From the IMG/VR virus record IMGVR_UViG_3300020596_000001, positions 545-64,544 of that record: DNA of 64,000 nucleotides, one strand, 5' to 3'. This document shows, piece by piece, positions 17,535 to 27,232 of the stretch (position 1 is its first letter; each line of letters begins with the position of its first letter). Under the pieces are notes generated by a model. That model was not told the DNA's origin. It saw only the letters and a list, made by a program, of their open reading frames with translations, and did not search any database. Source of the stretch: a virus (taxonomy: Duplodnaviria; Caudoviricetes). Both the position numbers and the translations under genes were made by a program.

Positions 17535-18151
17535 CACTCCCCCCTTACCTTTGCTTCGATAGCGCGGCACAGTCTTGACCCTGCCGCTGTCAGCGTGGAA
17601 ACTTCATACGGCCCTGAGTCGTATGTCAGTGCTTTGCGGTCCTGCAATTCGCTGCCGCACGAAAAAATTATCTGCAGAAAATCGTCATCCGTCAGCCGTG
17701 GCGCTGGATTGCCTGCGAGTGCTGCGATTATTGTGCTGATGGCATCGGCTGCATTCTTAACATCTTCATCCGTCAGCATTTCCCGTTCTATCGGGAGGTG
17801 GGCGTTTTGAAGTGGCACAAGCGCATCAGACGCTATCCGCAAAGCTGCCTCCAGTTCCGCAACCCTTGACTCGGGCGGGTGCGTGTAGAGTGGCGTTCCA
17901 TTCGGCACATCGTACCGGTTGATTGCGCCAACCTTCACTCCGTTATTCGAGTAGATGTAGCCAATCGGCTCCGCGTTTTTGTCCGCGCGCACATACTCAA
18001 TACTGTTGCCGTCGATCTTGTCCTCGCACCAAGTAATGCCCTCGCCGCAAAGGTCCGCAAAATCTGTGCTTTTATCGACATCCTCGCCGATCACAAGATA
18101 GATTCGCTCGGGCGCTGTCGCCACGATGTTTGGTGTTCTTTTGTCGCTCAT
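17534..18151 (-). CDS. Mosaic hypothetical early protein
   Basis: APERIYL..TWCEDKI..EYVRAD and TPLYTHP modules. Confidence 0.6.
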   Translation of the reverse strand: MSDKRTPNIVATAPERIYLVIGEDVDKSTDFADLCGEGITWCEDKIDGNSIEYVRADKNAEPIGYIYSNNGVKVGAINRYDVPNGTPLYTHPPESRVAELEAALRIASDALVPLQNAHLPIEREMLTDEDVKNAADAISTIIAALAGNPAPRLTDDDFLQIIFSCGSELQDRKALTYDSGPYEVSTLTAAGSRLCRAIEAKVRGE

Positions 18152-18329
18152 AGCGTTACTCTCCTGCTCATGTCGTTGTCAATCCCAGGCCGGTACTGGC
18201 CGCGCTTGAGCAGGTCCTGTGCAGGCGGCATAGTTTCGCCCGCCTGGCGCACGCGTGGCCGGTACGACGCTATCTCTAGCGCCCGGCGCTGATGCTCTTT
18301 GCTGTGATCGGTGGGGGTTTTGCGCATGA

Positions 18330-18581
18330 TTAATCCTCAGTGGTGAGCCGATCACGCGCATATCGCGCCCTTGCATCGGAACTGTGCATTCCAGCGAGTT
18401 TTGCCAGCAGTTCATCACGATCTTCTGGCAATGCCTTTTTAGTCAGAATGCAGTCGGACAATGCCGCCAGGCCCTCGGGCCATCCGCACCAGGCAAGGCG
18501 GTCGCCGCGCACGAAGGCAACTACCCACTCTTCGCCACTCGGCTTGTGGTGCACGGTGTCGCCGGTGTCAATCTCGCTCAT
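18330..18581 (-). CDS. Hypothetical protein
   Basis: GDTVHHKPSGEEWVVA..WCGWPEG; AAGGAG RBS. Confidence 0.6.
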   Translation of the reverse strand: MSEIDTGDTVHHKPSGEEWVVAFVRGDRLAWCGWPEGLAALSDCILTKKALPEDRDELLAKLAGMHSSDARARYARDRLTTED

Positions 18582-18831
18582 ATGCTTGCTCCTTGGTGGG
18601 TGGTGGCGGGAGCGGCATCCAGTGGGTGGGTTGGTTAAACCTAATCCGACGCAATCCCCAAAAGCTGGCTTTGTCACAACTCCAAAATGGGGCCGGCTTA
18701 CTAGCGTATTGGTTGTTCTCCCAATAACCGCACGAACAACCCCAAGACGGAGAAAACAAAAGGATGTTGATCCTGTCGCCAATTGCGTCGGTTCCTTTCG
18801 GCGCAGTCTCAATCGGTTGCCATGTCATCAT
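18568..18831 (-). CDS. DUF551-family protein
   Basis: WQPIETAPK...PTHWMPLPPPP. Confidence 0.8.
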   Translation of the reverse strand: MMTWQPIETAPKGTDAIGDRINILLFSPSWGCSCGYWENNQYASKPAPFWSCDKASFWGLRRIRFNQPTHWMPLPPPPTKEQAYERD

Positions 18832-18849
18832 TCTGTCCTCTGGTAGGGG

Positions 18850-19332
18850 TCAGGCGCCACGGCGGCGCATCCTCCGCTGTTTCGATGTCGTGATGTCGTA
18901 GAACATCGAGGATGTAATGAACGGAATGTCATCGTCCATGTCGTCGAACCCGGACGAAGCTGGCGCCGGTTTTGGCGGCGGTGGTGGCGGTGGCGGCGCT
19001 TCCTGGCGCTGTGGTGCCGGACCAGCGAATGAGATTTCAGCCACGCGCCCGACCAGTTTTGATGCCGTCGTGTTGTCCGACTTCGTGAACGACTCGATAT
19101 GCACATCCTGTAGCGTCACCATCACGCTTTGGCCCTTCACCATGTACTGCGCCATTGCTTCGGCACGCTTCGACCAAAGCACGCCTTCGGCCCATTGCGT
19201 GGGCTGCTTGCCATCCTCTCCCTTGCGCCCGTAGTTGAAGGCAAGGGACAGGTTGCAGACAGCCTTGCCGCCGGCGGTCCTGCGAAGTTCTGCATCGCGG
19301 CCGATCTTGGCCAATCCGTACATCGTGGTCAT
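18850..19332 (-). CDS. ssb: Single-stranded DNA-binding protein
   Basis: IGRDAELR..VCNLSLA..KGQSV; acidic tail FDDMDDDIPF, followed by a short extension. Confidence 0.9.
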   Translation of the reverse strand: MTTMYGLAKIGRDAELRRTAGGKAVCNLSLAFNYGRKGEDGKQPTQWAEGVLWSKRAEAMAQYMVKGQSVMVTLQDVHIESFTKSDNTTASKLVGRVAEISFAGPAPQRQEAPPPPPPPPKPAPASSGFDDMDDDIPFITSSMFYDITTSKQRRMRRRGA

Positions 19333-19988
19333 GCTGTGTCCTTTTCTTTGTTTGCAATTGCTGCTTTGCGCAGCGCCGATTCATACATGCGGACCGTCCC
19401 GGCAAAGGCCGTCAGGTCCGCTTCAAGTTTCTCGATGTCGTTCTCGTTGCGCTCGATGCGGATCACCCGCATCTGCATTCCGAGTTCGGCCAGGTCGGGG
19501 CACCAGAGACACATGTCTACCCACTTGCGGCCCAGGAGCCACAGGTAGCCGTTGCACTGGTCGATGTACTCGCTGATGTTGTCGGTCACCATGGCGGTAA
19601 ACAGCGTTTCGCTTGACACCATCGTCTTGATTTCCAGCACGCCATCGTCGTCGATCAAACCATCGGGAGAAATCCCGTAAAGGTCGTCGTGCGTCTTGAA
19701 GAATCCGACCGGCTCGACCAGCACGTTGCGCACGCTCTCGTAATGCGCGCGGGCGAACGGCTCTTGCTCGGTGCCCTGGCGCATGGCGGGGGTGACGTTC
19801 GGGCTTGGCGCAATTCCGTGGCAGCGCTCGCGCGCCAGATTCATCGCGTACAGCATCGCCTTGGCAGACGGGTGGCCGCTTTTCAAGCGTTCGCGCGCGT
19901 CCTTGAACTTGCTCCCGGTGATCACGCCTTTTCTGACGTCCAGCCACTGGGGCGAGCCCTGCTCGTAGTCGAAGTGTTCCATCTTCAT
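19329..19988 (-). CDS. YqaJ/lambda-exonuclease-family recombination nuclease
   Basis: EQGSPQWL..RKGVITGS..GTEQEPFAR..GISPDGLI..LEIK. Confidence 0.9.
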   Translation of the reverse strand: MKMEHFDYEQGSPQWLDVRKGVITGSKFKDARERLKSGHPSAKAMLYAMNLARERCHGIAPSPNVTPAMRQGTEQEPFARAHYESVRNVLVEPVGFFKTHDDLYGISPDGLIDDDGVLEIKTMVSSETLFTAMVTDNISEYIDQCNGYLWLLGRKWVDMCLWCPDLAELGMQMRVIRIERNENDIEKLEADLTAFAGTVRMYESALRKAAIANKEKDTA

Positions 19989-20764
19989 GTTGCTGCTCCT
20001 TTTTTGTCGGCGGCCTTGGCTGCGCGCTTGAGGTTGTCCGACTCGGGATTGAGTGCAACGCGTTCTTCGGGCGTGCGCGCGTTGATCCATGCGGCCAGTG
20101 ATTTCCATCCCTGCATGGCGGCATCGCGGGCGGCCTGCAGCAAGTCGGGCGGGACCGCCTGCACGCCTCCACAGCCATCGTCGTCGGGTTGGTCCTTGCT
20201 GGCGAAACCGTAGGCCAGCAGGAGCGTGTACCGAGACAGGTAGGTGATTGTCGACTGCCCGGCCTGCAAGATGTTCTTGTTGCCGGTGTCATCGCGCGGC
20301 CCGGGCAGCGCCGTCGACTGCGTATGCCCGAGGCGGTGCGTGACTTCACAGGTGACAACGTAGAAGCCGTCAGCAAGTGACGGAATCCAACGGTGGCTGA
20401 AACCGTACTCGGCAGCGGCCCTGATGATCTGGTCGCACACATGGCCGATGGTCGAGTGGTCGTAGGATGTCGTGCCCTTGCTCGATGTGAACTCGACGTG
20501 CTTGTCTTTCAGGATCGACGGCGGGTTCTTTTTGAACTCGGCCATCGCACTGATGAATGCCTTGCGCGCCTCGTTTGCTTCCCACTCTTTTTGCAGGTTG
20601 AGCATGTCGCGCATGTCGGCCACGCTCATGCCAGCCTTGATCGCCTGCATGGCCATGGCCAACGGGCCAACGATGGGCTCTTGAACAACGGCCAGCGGCT
20701 GCGCCGGCGCTTCATCTTGCTCGACCATTTCAATGGTCATTGTGTCTTGCAATACTTCGTTCAT
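19985..20764 (-). CDS. erf: ERF-family ssDNA annealing protein
   Basis: ARKAF..AMAEF..VTCEVTHRLGH..QAGQSTITYLSRYTL..DDDG. Confidence 0.85.
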   Translation of the reverse strand: MNEVLQDTMTIEMVEQDEAPAQPLAVVQEPIVGPLAMAMQAIKAGMSVADMRDMLNLQKEWEANEARKAFISAMAEFKKNPPSILKDKHVEFTSSKGTTSYDHSTIGHVCDQIIRAAAEYGFSHRWIPSLADGFYVVTCEVTHRLGHTQSTALPGPRDDTGNKNILQAGQSTITYLSRYTLLLAYGFASKDQPDDDGCGGVQAVPPDLLQAARDAAMQGWKSLAAWINARTPEERVALNPESDNLKRAAKAADKKGAAT

Positions 20765-20773
20765 GGTTTTCCT

Positions 20774-21961
20774 TCAAGCTGTAACTTCGACCGTGATCCA
20801 ATCCTCAATCTCGGCCAGTCGATTGAGGGCTGCTTTGGGAGTGCAGCAAAAAATGTCGGCAACCGCCGTCACGGCAGCAGCGATGATTTCCCCGTCGCTG
20901 GGGCCTTCGAGGTCGTCGCTTGGTCCAGGCCAGGCCTGCAGCAGTTCGCCGCCGTCCACCTGGTTGAAGATCGGGTCGGACTCAGCAATGGGCGCTATCT
21001 CTCGCACGGCTGCGGCTTCCAGCAACCTCGCTTCGGCTGCAACCCGGTCAGCTTCGGCCTGGCGCAAAGTCATTTGCTCGCGCATCAACGCGTCGCGCTC
21101 GGTGGCCATGCGCTGCAGGTCTGCCTGCAACTGCGCGCGGGCTACGGCTTGCTCGGCGGCAAGTTCGGCTCGCTGGCGCTGCATTTCTGCTTCTTGCGCC
21201 TTGCGAGCATCGTCCAGGGCCTTCTGAGCCGCTGCAGCCTCCACCTTGGCCACGCGATCACGCTCGGCCTGTTCGGCGCGCTGAAGGGCCAGTTCTGCCC
21301 GTTCGGCGGCCATGCGCTGGGCTTCGGCGTCGCGCTCGGCTTTGGCGCGCTCGGCTTCGGCTTCCTCGGCCAGCTTGCCCAGGCGAATCTCTTCCATGCG
21401 CTCCATTGCGATGACGCGCACGCCTTCGGCCTCGTCGCTAAATTCCTCGAACCCTTCAAGCGGGGCGCAGCCAAGTTTCTGGATAAGCTGATCCACTGCA
21501 TACGCCGTCCTGCATTGACTTGCAAGCACAGAGCACTCCCGGATGTCGGCAATGCGCAGTGTGATTGCCTCAATGCGGGCGCGCTCGATGCGCTCGGCCT
21601 CGGCCCGCTCGGCGGCCCGGGCTTCATCCCATGCGTTGCGCAGCGCCAGCAGGCGATCTTCTTCGCCCTGCGTGATGGCGATGAGTTCCTTTTCCTCGGC
21701 GATCACGGCCTTGGAAAACTGCGTTGCGTCGTCGCGCGCGGCCTTGCCGGTCTTTTGGATCGTGGTGCGGGCCTTGACCAGCACCATCGCAGCGCCGTGG
21801 CATTCCTCGCGGCCAGCGGTGTTCTTCACCTCCCTGATGGACGCAGATTTCTTGACCAAGGCGGCAAGTTCGGATCTGGCCCGGTCGGAGCCAAGCGCCA
21901 CAGCGGCGCGCTGGATGACGGTCAATTCCGTCGTGTGTTGGTCAAACATTTCGATGCTCAT
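20774..21961 (-). CDS. Long coiled-coil protein of the recombination module
   Basis: Ala/Glu/Arg-rich heptads; precedes ERF. Confidence 0.7.
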   Translation of the reverse strand: MSIEMFDQHTTELTVIQRAAVALGSDRARSELAALVKKSASIREVKNTAGREECHGAAMVLVKARTTIQKTGKAARDDATQFSKAVIAEEKELIAITQGEEDRLLALRNAWDEARAAERAEAERIERARIEAITLRIADIRECSVLASQCRTAYAVDQLIQKLGCAPLEGFEEFSDEAEGVRVIAMERMEEIRLGKLAEEAEAERAKAERDAEAQRMAAERAELALQRAEQAERDRVAKVEAAAAQKALDDARKAQEAEMQRQRAELAAEQAVARAQLQADLQRMATERDALMREQMTLRQAEADRVAAEARLLEAAAVREIAPIAESDPIFNQVDGGELLQAWPGPSDDLEGPSDGEIIAAAVTAVADIFCCTPKAALNRLAEIEDWITVEVTA

Positions 21962-22518
21962 GATTTTGTCCTTGTGGTTAATCGCCCATCCAGCCAGTGC
22001 CGGCCCGGCGATGTGGGTGTGGTTCCAATGTTGCGGGCTTTGTCACCGCTTCCTGCTGCTCCATGTCGTCGTGGGCTTGGTCCCACTCGTCGCGGTCGCT
22101 CCCGCCGTGCAGCAAGATAAGAGCAAGCACAGTGCCAGCAAAAAACAGTACGGCCCAAAGCACGTAGTCCATGTTCAGTCTCCTTTTGTGTCGTCGTCAG
22201 AATCGAGCAGTACCGCGTAAATCCACGTGGCGATCACGATGACGCAGCACAGGGCCATCGCAAGCAGGAAGCCGTCGCGCATGTCAGCCTCCAGTGGTAA
22301 AGATGACGACGAGCGCGAGAATTGCGACGGCGTACAGTGCCGCGTCTTGCCAGTCACGCCCGTTCATGGCGTCACCTTCGGTGTGCTAACCCACCCGCGC
22401 TGTGTGCGCGATACGAGCCGGGCAGCGCGCACCCACTCGCGCATGTTGCGACGGGCCAGTTCGCGGGGCACCATGTCGTGGTAGTAGGCGGGGCGAACGC
22501 GGGCGAGTAGGCGTGTGT

Positions 22519-22818
22519 TCATGCTGCATCTCCTGTAGCCTTAACAATGGCTGCGCGCAGTTTGATCGTTGGACCGTTCGCTCCGCCTTGCGCGAGTTCA
22601 ACCTCGTCCAGCAAGGCCAAAACAAGCTGCATCGGCTTGTCGTCCTGAGGTTTCGGTTCTCTAGGATTTGCATCGCCACATGTTTCGCAGTAGTAGCCGT
22701 CGACAACCGGCCACCCGCATTTCATGCAAGCGTAGATTTCCGGTGTGTAATTATGAATGATGCTGTTGACAGCGCGGGAATACTCAAAGCCCGAAGGCGG
22801 TGCAGGCTTGGCGTTCAC
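22519..22818 (-). CDS. Zn-ribbon hypothetical protein
   Basis: CMKCGWP..YCETCG. Confidence 0.55.
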   Translation of the reverse strand: MNAKPAPPSGFEYSRAVNSIIHNYTPEIYACMKCGWPVVDGYYCETCGDANPREPKPQDDKPMQLVLALLDEVELAQGGANGPTIKLRAAIVKATGDAA

Positions 22819-23026
22819 AGCGCATTCCCCAGAACCTTGAGCATGTCAAGATCGATCCCGTACAGGCGACTCACGCGGTCGGCGTGGCCGTCGTCCCAAT
22901 ATTGGTTACAGCACTCTCCAACCGCCCGCTGCAGTTCTTCGCGTAGGCCCGCGTTTTCCTGCCGCAGCGCTGCTACGTCTACCGCCGATGCGAGAGCGGT
23001 TGCCATGATTGGGTGCAATCTGTCGT

Positions 23027-23287
23027 TCATGCTGTCCGCCAGACGCGCACGCCACCTTCAACAGTGCGCGACGCAAACTTGTTGCCGGTCTTGAGCTTGG
23101 CGTATGTAACGCAGCTGCTCAGGGTTGCGGTAGTCTTGTCTTTGACGAATACGCTATCGCCAACTTCCATTTGCATCATTGCCGACAACACGCCTTTGGC
23201 TCTTTGCAGCGATGGCATCGGCACGTTCTTTTCTATCTCGATAGCTTCCTTGGGAAGCTCTTTTATTGGGTGAAGTTTGGTGTTCAT
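23027..23287 (-). CDS. Small putative DNA-binding protein
   Basis: IEIEKNVPMP..MEVGDSVFV..GVRVWR. Confidence 0.65.
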   Translation of the reverse strand: MNTKLHPIKELPKEAIEIEKNVPMPSLQRAKGVLSAMMQMEVGDSVFVKDKTTATLSSCVTYAKLKTGNKFASRTVEGGVRVWRTA

Positions 23288-23520
23288 GCTGCAACATTCA
23301 TGGCCGCGCGTGCCAAGCTGGTAAGTGACAGCCCGTCGCCAACAGCGGCATAGGACTTGGCATGCATGTAGACGTCAGAATGCCCTGCGAAGCTTCCGTC
23401 TGTTTTGCGCAGGTCCGGGAACATTGAGCGCATCAACTTCAACGGGCGCTCAATAATGCCCGGCCCTTGGGCCTGCCACTTGGCCAAATTTGCCTTGCGA
23501 ACCTCTTTGCGTAAATTCAT
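23284..23520 (-). CDS. First leftward early gene, hypothetical
   Basis: AGGAG upstream of MNLRKEVRK; downstream of the PL-like promoter. Confidence 0.5.
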   Translation of the reverse strand: MNLRKEVRKANLAKWQAQGPGIIERPLKLMRSMFPDLRKTDGSFAGHSDVYMHAKSYAAVGDGLSLTSLARAAMNVAA

Positions 23521-23637
23521 CCTACGTTCTCCTAAAGTTGTACCAGTCGCATCGCGGAACACAGTTCCTAGCCCCTCTCGTGCATCGATCTGATTCGGGC
23601 CGTGTCGCTTGCCCTGGGGTTTTTGCTGCGATGGGTA

Positions 23638-23666
23638 AATGTAGCAAAGTTTTGCCACATGCGCAA
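23638..23666 (-). promoter_or_regulatory. Leftward sigma70 promoter (PL-like) with operator in the spacer
   Basis: Minus strand: TTGCGC-17 bp (ATGTGGCAAAACTTTGC)-TACATT. Confidence 0.75.
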
Positions 23667-23704
23667 GTAATATTTTGCGTTGTGAACGACGAGCAGGGCG
23701 CTGC

Positions 23705-23733
23705 TTGCATATATGGCAAAACTTTGCTACAGT
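23705..23733 (+). promoter_or_regulatory. Rightward sigma70 promoter (PR-like) with operator in the spacer
   Basis: TTGCAT-17 bp (ATATGGCAAAACTTTGC)-TACAGT, then 6 nt to ATG 23740; 20/21 inverted match to 23640-23660. Confidence 0.75.
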
Positions 23734-23739
23734 GTGCGT

Positions 23740-23952
23740 ATGGGTAAAGACTTCGATCGCATTGTTTTGGACTTGCTGAACGCCAGAAGGGGCGACTGGC
23801 AGGCGGTTGCAGCCGCATCCGGGGTTTCCTATTCCTGGCTGTCCAAATTCTCCAACGGGCATATTGAAAACCCAGGCATCGGCACATTGCGCAAGCTGCA
23901 CGTTTCGCTTGCCAAGCGCCCGGCCAAGCCCGAGATGGCCCAAACCCCCTGA
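23740..23952 (+). CDS. Cro-like XRE HTH regulator (probably leaderless)
   Basis: WQAVAAASGVSYSWLSKFSNGHIENPGIGTLRKL. Confidence 0.85.
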   Translation: MGKDFDRIVLDLLNARRGDWQAVAAASGVSYSWLSKFSNGHIENPGIGTLRKLHVSLAKRPAKPEMAQTP

Positions 23953-24098
23953 ACCCGCCGCGTGCACATGCATTCTGTAGTTGTAATTTTGTGCTGGTGT
24001 CGCGGGCGTGCTTCCCGATTGTCGAATCATGCGTCTGTGCGTTGTGCTTGTCTGTTCGTTCGCGCACTCAGTGCGTTGTCGCACATAAGGGCAGCTGC

Positions 24099-24452
24099 AT
24101 GAAGGCTTATGTCAAGCCCATCGGCCAAAAAACGCGGGATGTGGTCGCAGTGCTGGAGCGCATAGGCCCGTCGCGCTGTCGGGACCTGCTCCCGCACCTG
24201 TCGCTGACCAGTTCCGATATTTCGAAGTACCTGCGCAGAGCAGTGGGACACGGGATGGTCACGTCCGTCAAGACCGATGCAAAAGACTACCAGTACGCGG
24301 TGGTCGATGGCTGGCAAGCAATCGCAGACCAGCACGGCACCAAGGACGAGCCGGCGCCAGTGTGGCCCGAGATCCCGCATCAGGTCACCGTGCAGGAATG
24401 GCCGCAAGAAAAGACGGTGACCGGGCCGCACAACCTGTGGAAGGCTGCATGA
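24099..24452 (+). CDS. Winged-HTH protein
   Basis: LERIGPSRCRDL..SDISKYLRRAVGHGMV. Confidence 0.6.
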   Translation: MKAYVKPIGQKTRDVVAVLERIGPSRCRDLLPHLSLTSSDISKYLRRAVGHGMVTSVKTDAKDYQYAVVDGWQAIADQHGTKDEPAPVWPEIPHQVTVQEWPQEKTVTGPHNLWKAA

Positions 24453-24718
24453 ACAAGATCGCGCAGCAGATCGAAGACATGGCGGCCAAAGGCATGGCCC
24501 GCAAGCAAATTGCCCAGGCCCTGGGCGTGTCGCAGCACTACCTTGAGGCGACCCTGCTGGTCCTGCGGATCAAGCCGAACAGGCCCACGCTGGAACAGAT
24601 CAAGGCCAAGGCAGCGGCAGAGCGCAGGGTGGCGCGTCTGGCTGCGCTTGATGCCCGGCATGCAGCCGCCAGGGCCAAGCCGATGGTGTGCGCACATAAC
24701 CCATGGGGAACAGCATGA
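24449..24718 (+). CDS. HTH protein
   Basis: GMARKQIAQALGVS. Confidence 0.6.
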   Translation: MNKIAQQIEDMAAKGMARKQIAQALGVSQHYLEATLLVLRIKPNRPTLEQIKAKAAAERRVARLAALDARHAAARAKPMVCAHNPWGTA

Positions 24719-24899
24719 GCCCGTTTGACTGGAAGGGCCCGAGCGTGACGGGCGACAAGCGCGTTGTGAGGCGCGGCAGGCCAGCACTGTACGACGCGCA
24801 AGAGCGCAAGCAGCGGCACCAGGCGGCAGCACTGGCGTCGTATCACCGGCTCAACTTTGCGGGCAAGCGTGGGTTGACGCAACAAATACAGGAAAACAC

Positions 24900-25694
24900 A
24901 TGAGCAATGCAATATCAGTGGTCCAAACGGACTCGGTCATCGTCAGCCTCATGCGCGCCAGCACGGCGCTGGTCGAGGCCAAGACGATCCAACACACGAT
25001 GCAGATCGTGAGCCTTGCCGCAGCTGCGGAAATTTGGGCAAAGCGCCAGCAACTGGGCGCGGAAGCCGAAGGCATCGCTTTCTCGATCAAGGTCGAAGCA
25101 CTGCGCAGTCTGGGCGGAATGCTCAAGGCCACACCCCGCTCGAAGGGCGTGCGCGGTCAGTTAAAAGGGCGCAATTCTTCTGGCGGTACCGATTTGTACC
25201 GCCAGAAGAATCAAGCAGAAACTCTCGCTGAATTGCGCATCGACAAGCGAACCAGCGTTATTGCCCAAAAGCTGGCCGAACTGCCTGACGCAGCATTTGA
25301 GCAGGTCCGGGAGGGCAACGAGACCATATCCAAAGCGCTGGCCAAAGCCAAGGCCGACAAAGATGCGCAAGCTGGCAAGCCACAAGTCAAGGCGAAGCCG
25401 AAAGCCGAGGCGAAGCCAACAAAAGCGAAACCGGATGCGCAAGAACCCGCCGACGACGGTCCGGACGCTGCTGAGTTGGCGTCGAACGACGCCGCAGTTA
25501 AAGCCGACATGGATGCGATACAGAAGATCCTTGAGTCCGACGACAAACTGGCCGCCGCTTACGCGGAAATCAAGCGGCTCAATGCCGAACTGGCAGTTGT
25601 CAAGGTTGCGCGCGACGGTTGGATGAATCAAGCGAATGATTCGGTCAAGCGCATCAAGGCCCTGCAGCGCAAACTCGATCAGGCGGCAGCATGA
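24900..25694 (+). CDS. Hypothetical protein, possibly DNA-binding
   Basis: KVEALRSLGGMLK..TLAELRIDKR..AQKLAELP; coiled-coil C-terminus. Confidence 0.6.
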   Translation: MSNAISVVQTDSVIVSLMRASTALVEAKTIQHTMQIVSLAAAAEIWAKRQQLGAEAEGIAFSIKVEALRSLGGMLKATPRSKGVRGQLKGRNSSGGTDLYRQKNQAETLAELRIDKRTSVIAQKLAELPDAAFEQVREGNETISKALAKAKADKDAQAGKPQVKAKPKAEAKPTKAKPDAQEPADDGPDAAELASNDAAVKADMDAIQKILESDDKLAAAYAEIKRLNAELAVVKVARDGWMNQANDSVKRIKALQRKLDQAAA

Positions 25695-27232
25695 GTCAAG
25701 TTGATCGCCTGTTCGCCGATGATGCGCCGAACTACGCGAGCGCGACGTTTCCGCAGCAGCGCCCATTCCAGCTCTCAGCACACGAAGCACTGCGCGAGGG
25801 GTTCAGAGCAGGTCACAAGAATCAGATGCTCATGGCCCCGACCGGCGCGGGGAAGACCTACCTTGGAATTCGGGTAGCTCATGAGGCACTGGTTAAGGGC
25901 AAAAAGGCTATCTTCCTGTGCGATCGATCGGCCCTGATCAACCAGACCAGCGCAACAGCTGACGGTTACGGGTTGGCCGCACACGGCATCGTGCAGGCGA
26001 ATCACTGGAGGCGGAACAAGGATTTGCCGTTTCAGATCGCCAGCGTGCAAACCCTGGCCCGCCGCGACTTCTGGCCAGGCGCAGACGTCATCATCGTCGA
26101 CGAGGCGCACACACAGCACAAAGCATGGACCGAGTACGTCATGCAAACAAAGGCAGCAGTTATCGGGCTGTCGGCTACTCCGTTTTCGCCTGGCTTGGGC
26201 AAGATATTTACCAATTTGGTGAACGCCACCACCATGCACGACCTGACCGATTCCGGTGTTCTGGTCCCCATGCGGATATTTAGCTGCACCAAGGCCGACA
26301 TGCGCGATGCAGCGACATCCGGCGGTGAGTGGACAGATGGCGCAGCGGAAGAGCGGGGCATGGCCATCGTGGGCGATGTCGTCAGCGAGTGGGCCAAATA
26401 CAGCAGCGACCGCAAGACAATCGTGTTTGGCGCCACCATCAAGCACTGCGAAGAAATCTGCCGTCAGTTCATCAATGCCGGCGTGATGGCTGCGGTGTTT
26501 ACCAGCGACACGGTCGAGGCCGAGCGCGAAATGTTGCTCAAGGAATACCGCAAGCGCGATTCCACTTTGCGCGTGCTGATCAGCGTCGAGGCCCTGGCCA
26601 AGGGGTTTGACGTACCAGACGTCGGCTGCGTGGTCGACTGCCGGCCACTGCGCAAGAGTCTGTCGACCGCCATTCAGATGTGGGGCCGCGGCCTGCGCTC
26701 GTCGCCCGACACCGGAAAATTCGACTGCCATCTGTTGGACCATAGCGGCAACATCATCCGGTTTCTTGAGGACTACGAGAACATTTTCTACAACGGCCTG
26801 GACGCCCTTGACATGGGCGAAAAGCTGGACAAGGCGATTCGCCGAGACGAGGACAAGGACGAGGCGAAAGGGTGCCCGTCATGTGGTTACAAGCCCTTTG
26901 CCAAGCGCTGCATGGCATGCGGGTTTGAGCGCCAGTCTGCCGCATTGGTCGAGCATGAGCCCGGCGAGATGCGCGAGGTCATGATGGGCAAGAAGAAGTT
27001 GGCCGACGACCACCGGCATTTGTGGGAACAGGTTTGCTCATATGCCCGCGCGCACAGCGTTCCGGAAAAGCAAGCTGGCCGGGCATGGCACCTGTACCAG
27101 AAGATCGTCGGCACCACGCCTCCGAAGGGCTGGCGCTTTGATGACACGCCCAACGCGGTGATCACGCGCAACGTGCAGAACAAGATTCTGTCGCTCAACA
27201 TGGCATACAAGAAGGCGACGGCCAAGGCATGA
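25691..27232 (+). CDS. SF2 DEAD/DEAH helicase with Zn finger
   Basis: APTGAGKT, VDEAH, GLSATP, KGFDVP, QMWGRGLR, CPSCG..CMACG. Confidence 0.95.
   Translation: MSQVDRLFADDAPNYASATFPQQRPFQLSAHEALREGFRAGHKNQMLMAPTGAGKTYLGIRVAHEALVKGKKAIFLCDRSALINQTSATADGYGLAAHGIVQANHWRRNKDLPFQIASVQTLARRDFWPGADVIIVDEAHTQHKAWTEYVMQTKAAVIGLSATPFSPGLGKIFTNLVNATTMHDLTDSGVLVPMRIFSCTKADMRDAATSGGEWTDGAAEERGMAIVGDVVSEWAKYSSDRKTIVFGATIKHCEEICRQFINAGVMAAVFTSDTVEAEREMLLKEYRKRDSTLRVLISVEALAKGFDVPDVGCVVDCRPLRKSLSTAIQMWGRGLRSSPDTGKFDCHLLDHSGNIIRFLEDYENIFYNGLDALDMGEKLDKAIRRDEDKDEAKGCPSCGYKPFAKRCMACGFERQSAALVEHEPGEMREVMMGKKKLADDHRHLWEQVCSYARAHSVPEKQAGRAWHLYQKIVGTTPPKGWRFDDTPNAVITRNVQNKILSLNMAYKKATAKA

Noticed and set aside
20393-22120. 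Long antisense ORFs (also 29097-30542, 44369-45799, 53667-55448)
   Set aside because: They are shadows of well-supported genes on the opposite strand in GC-rich DNA and show no recognisable motifs.
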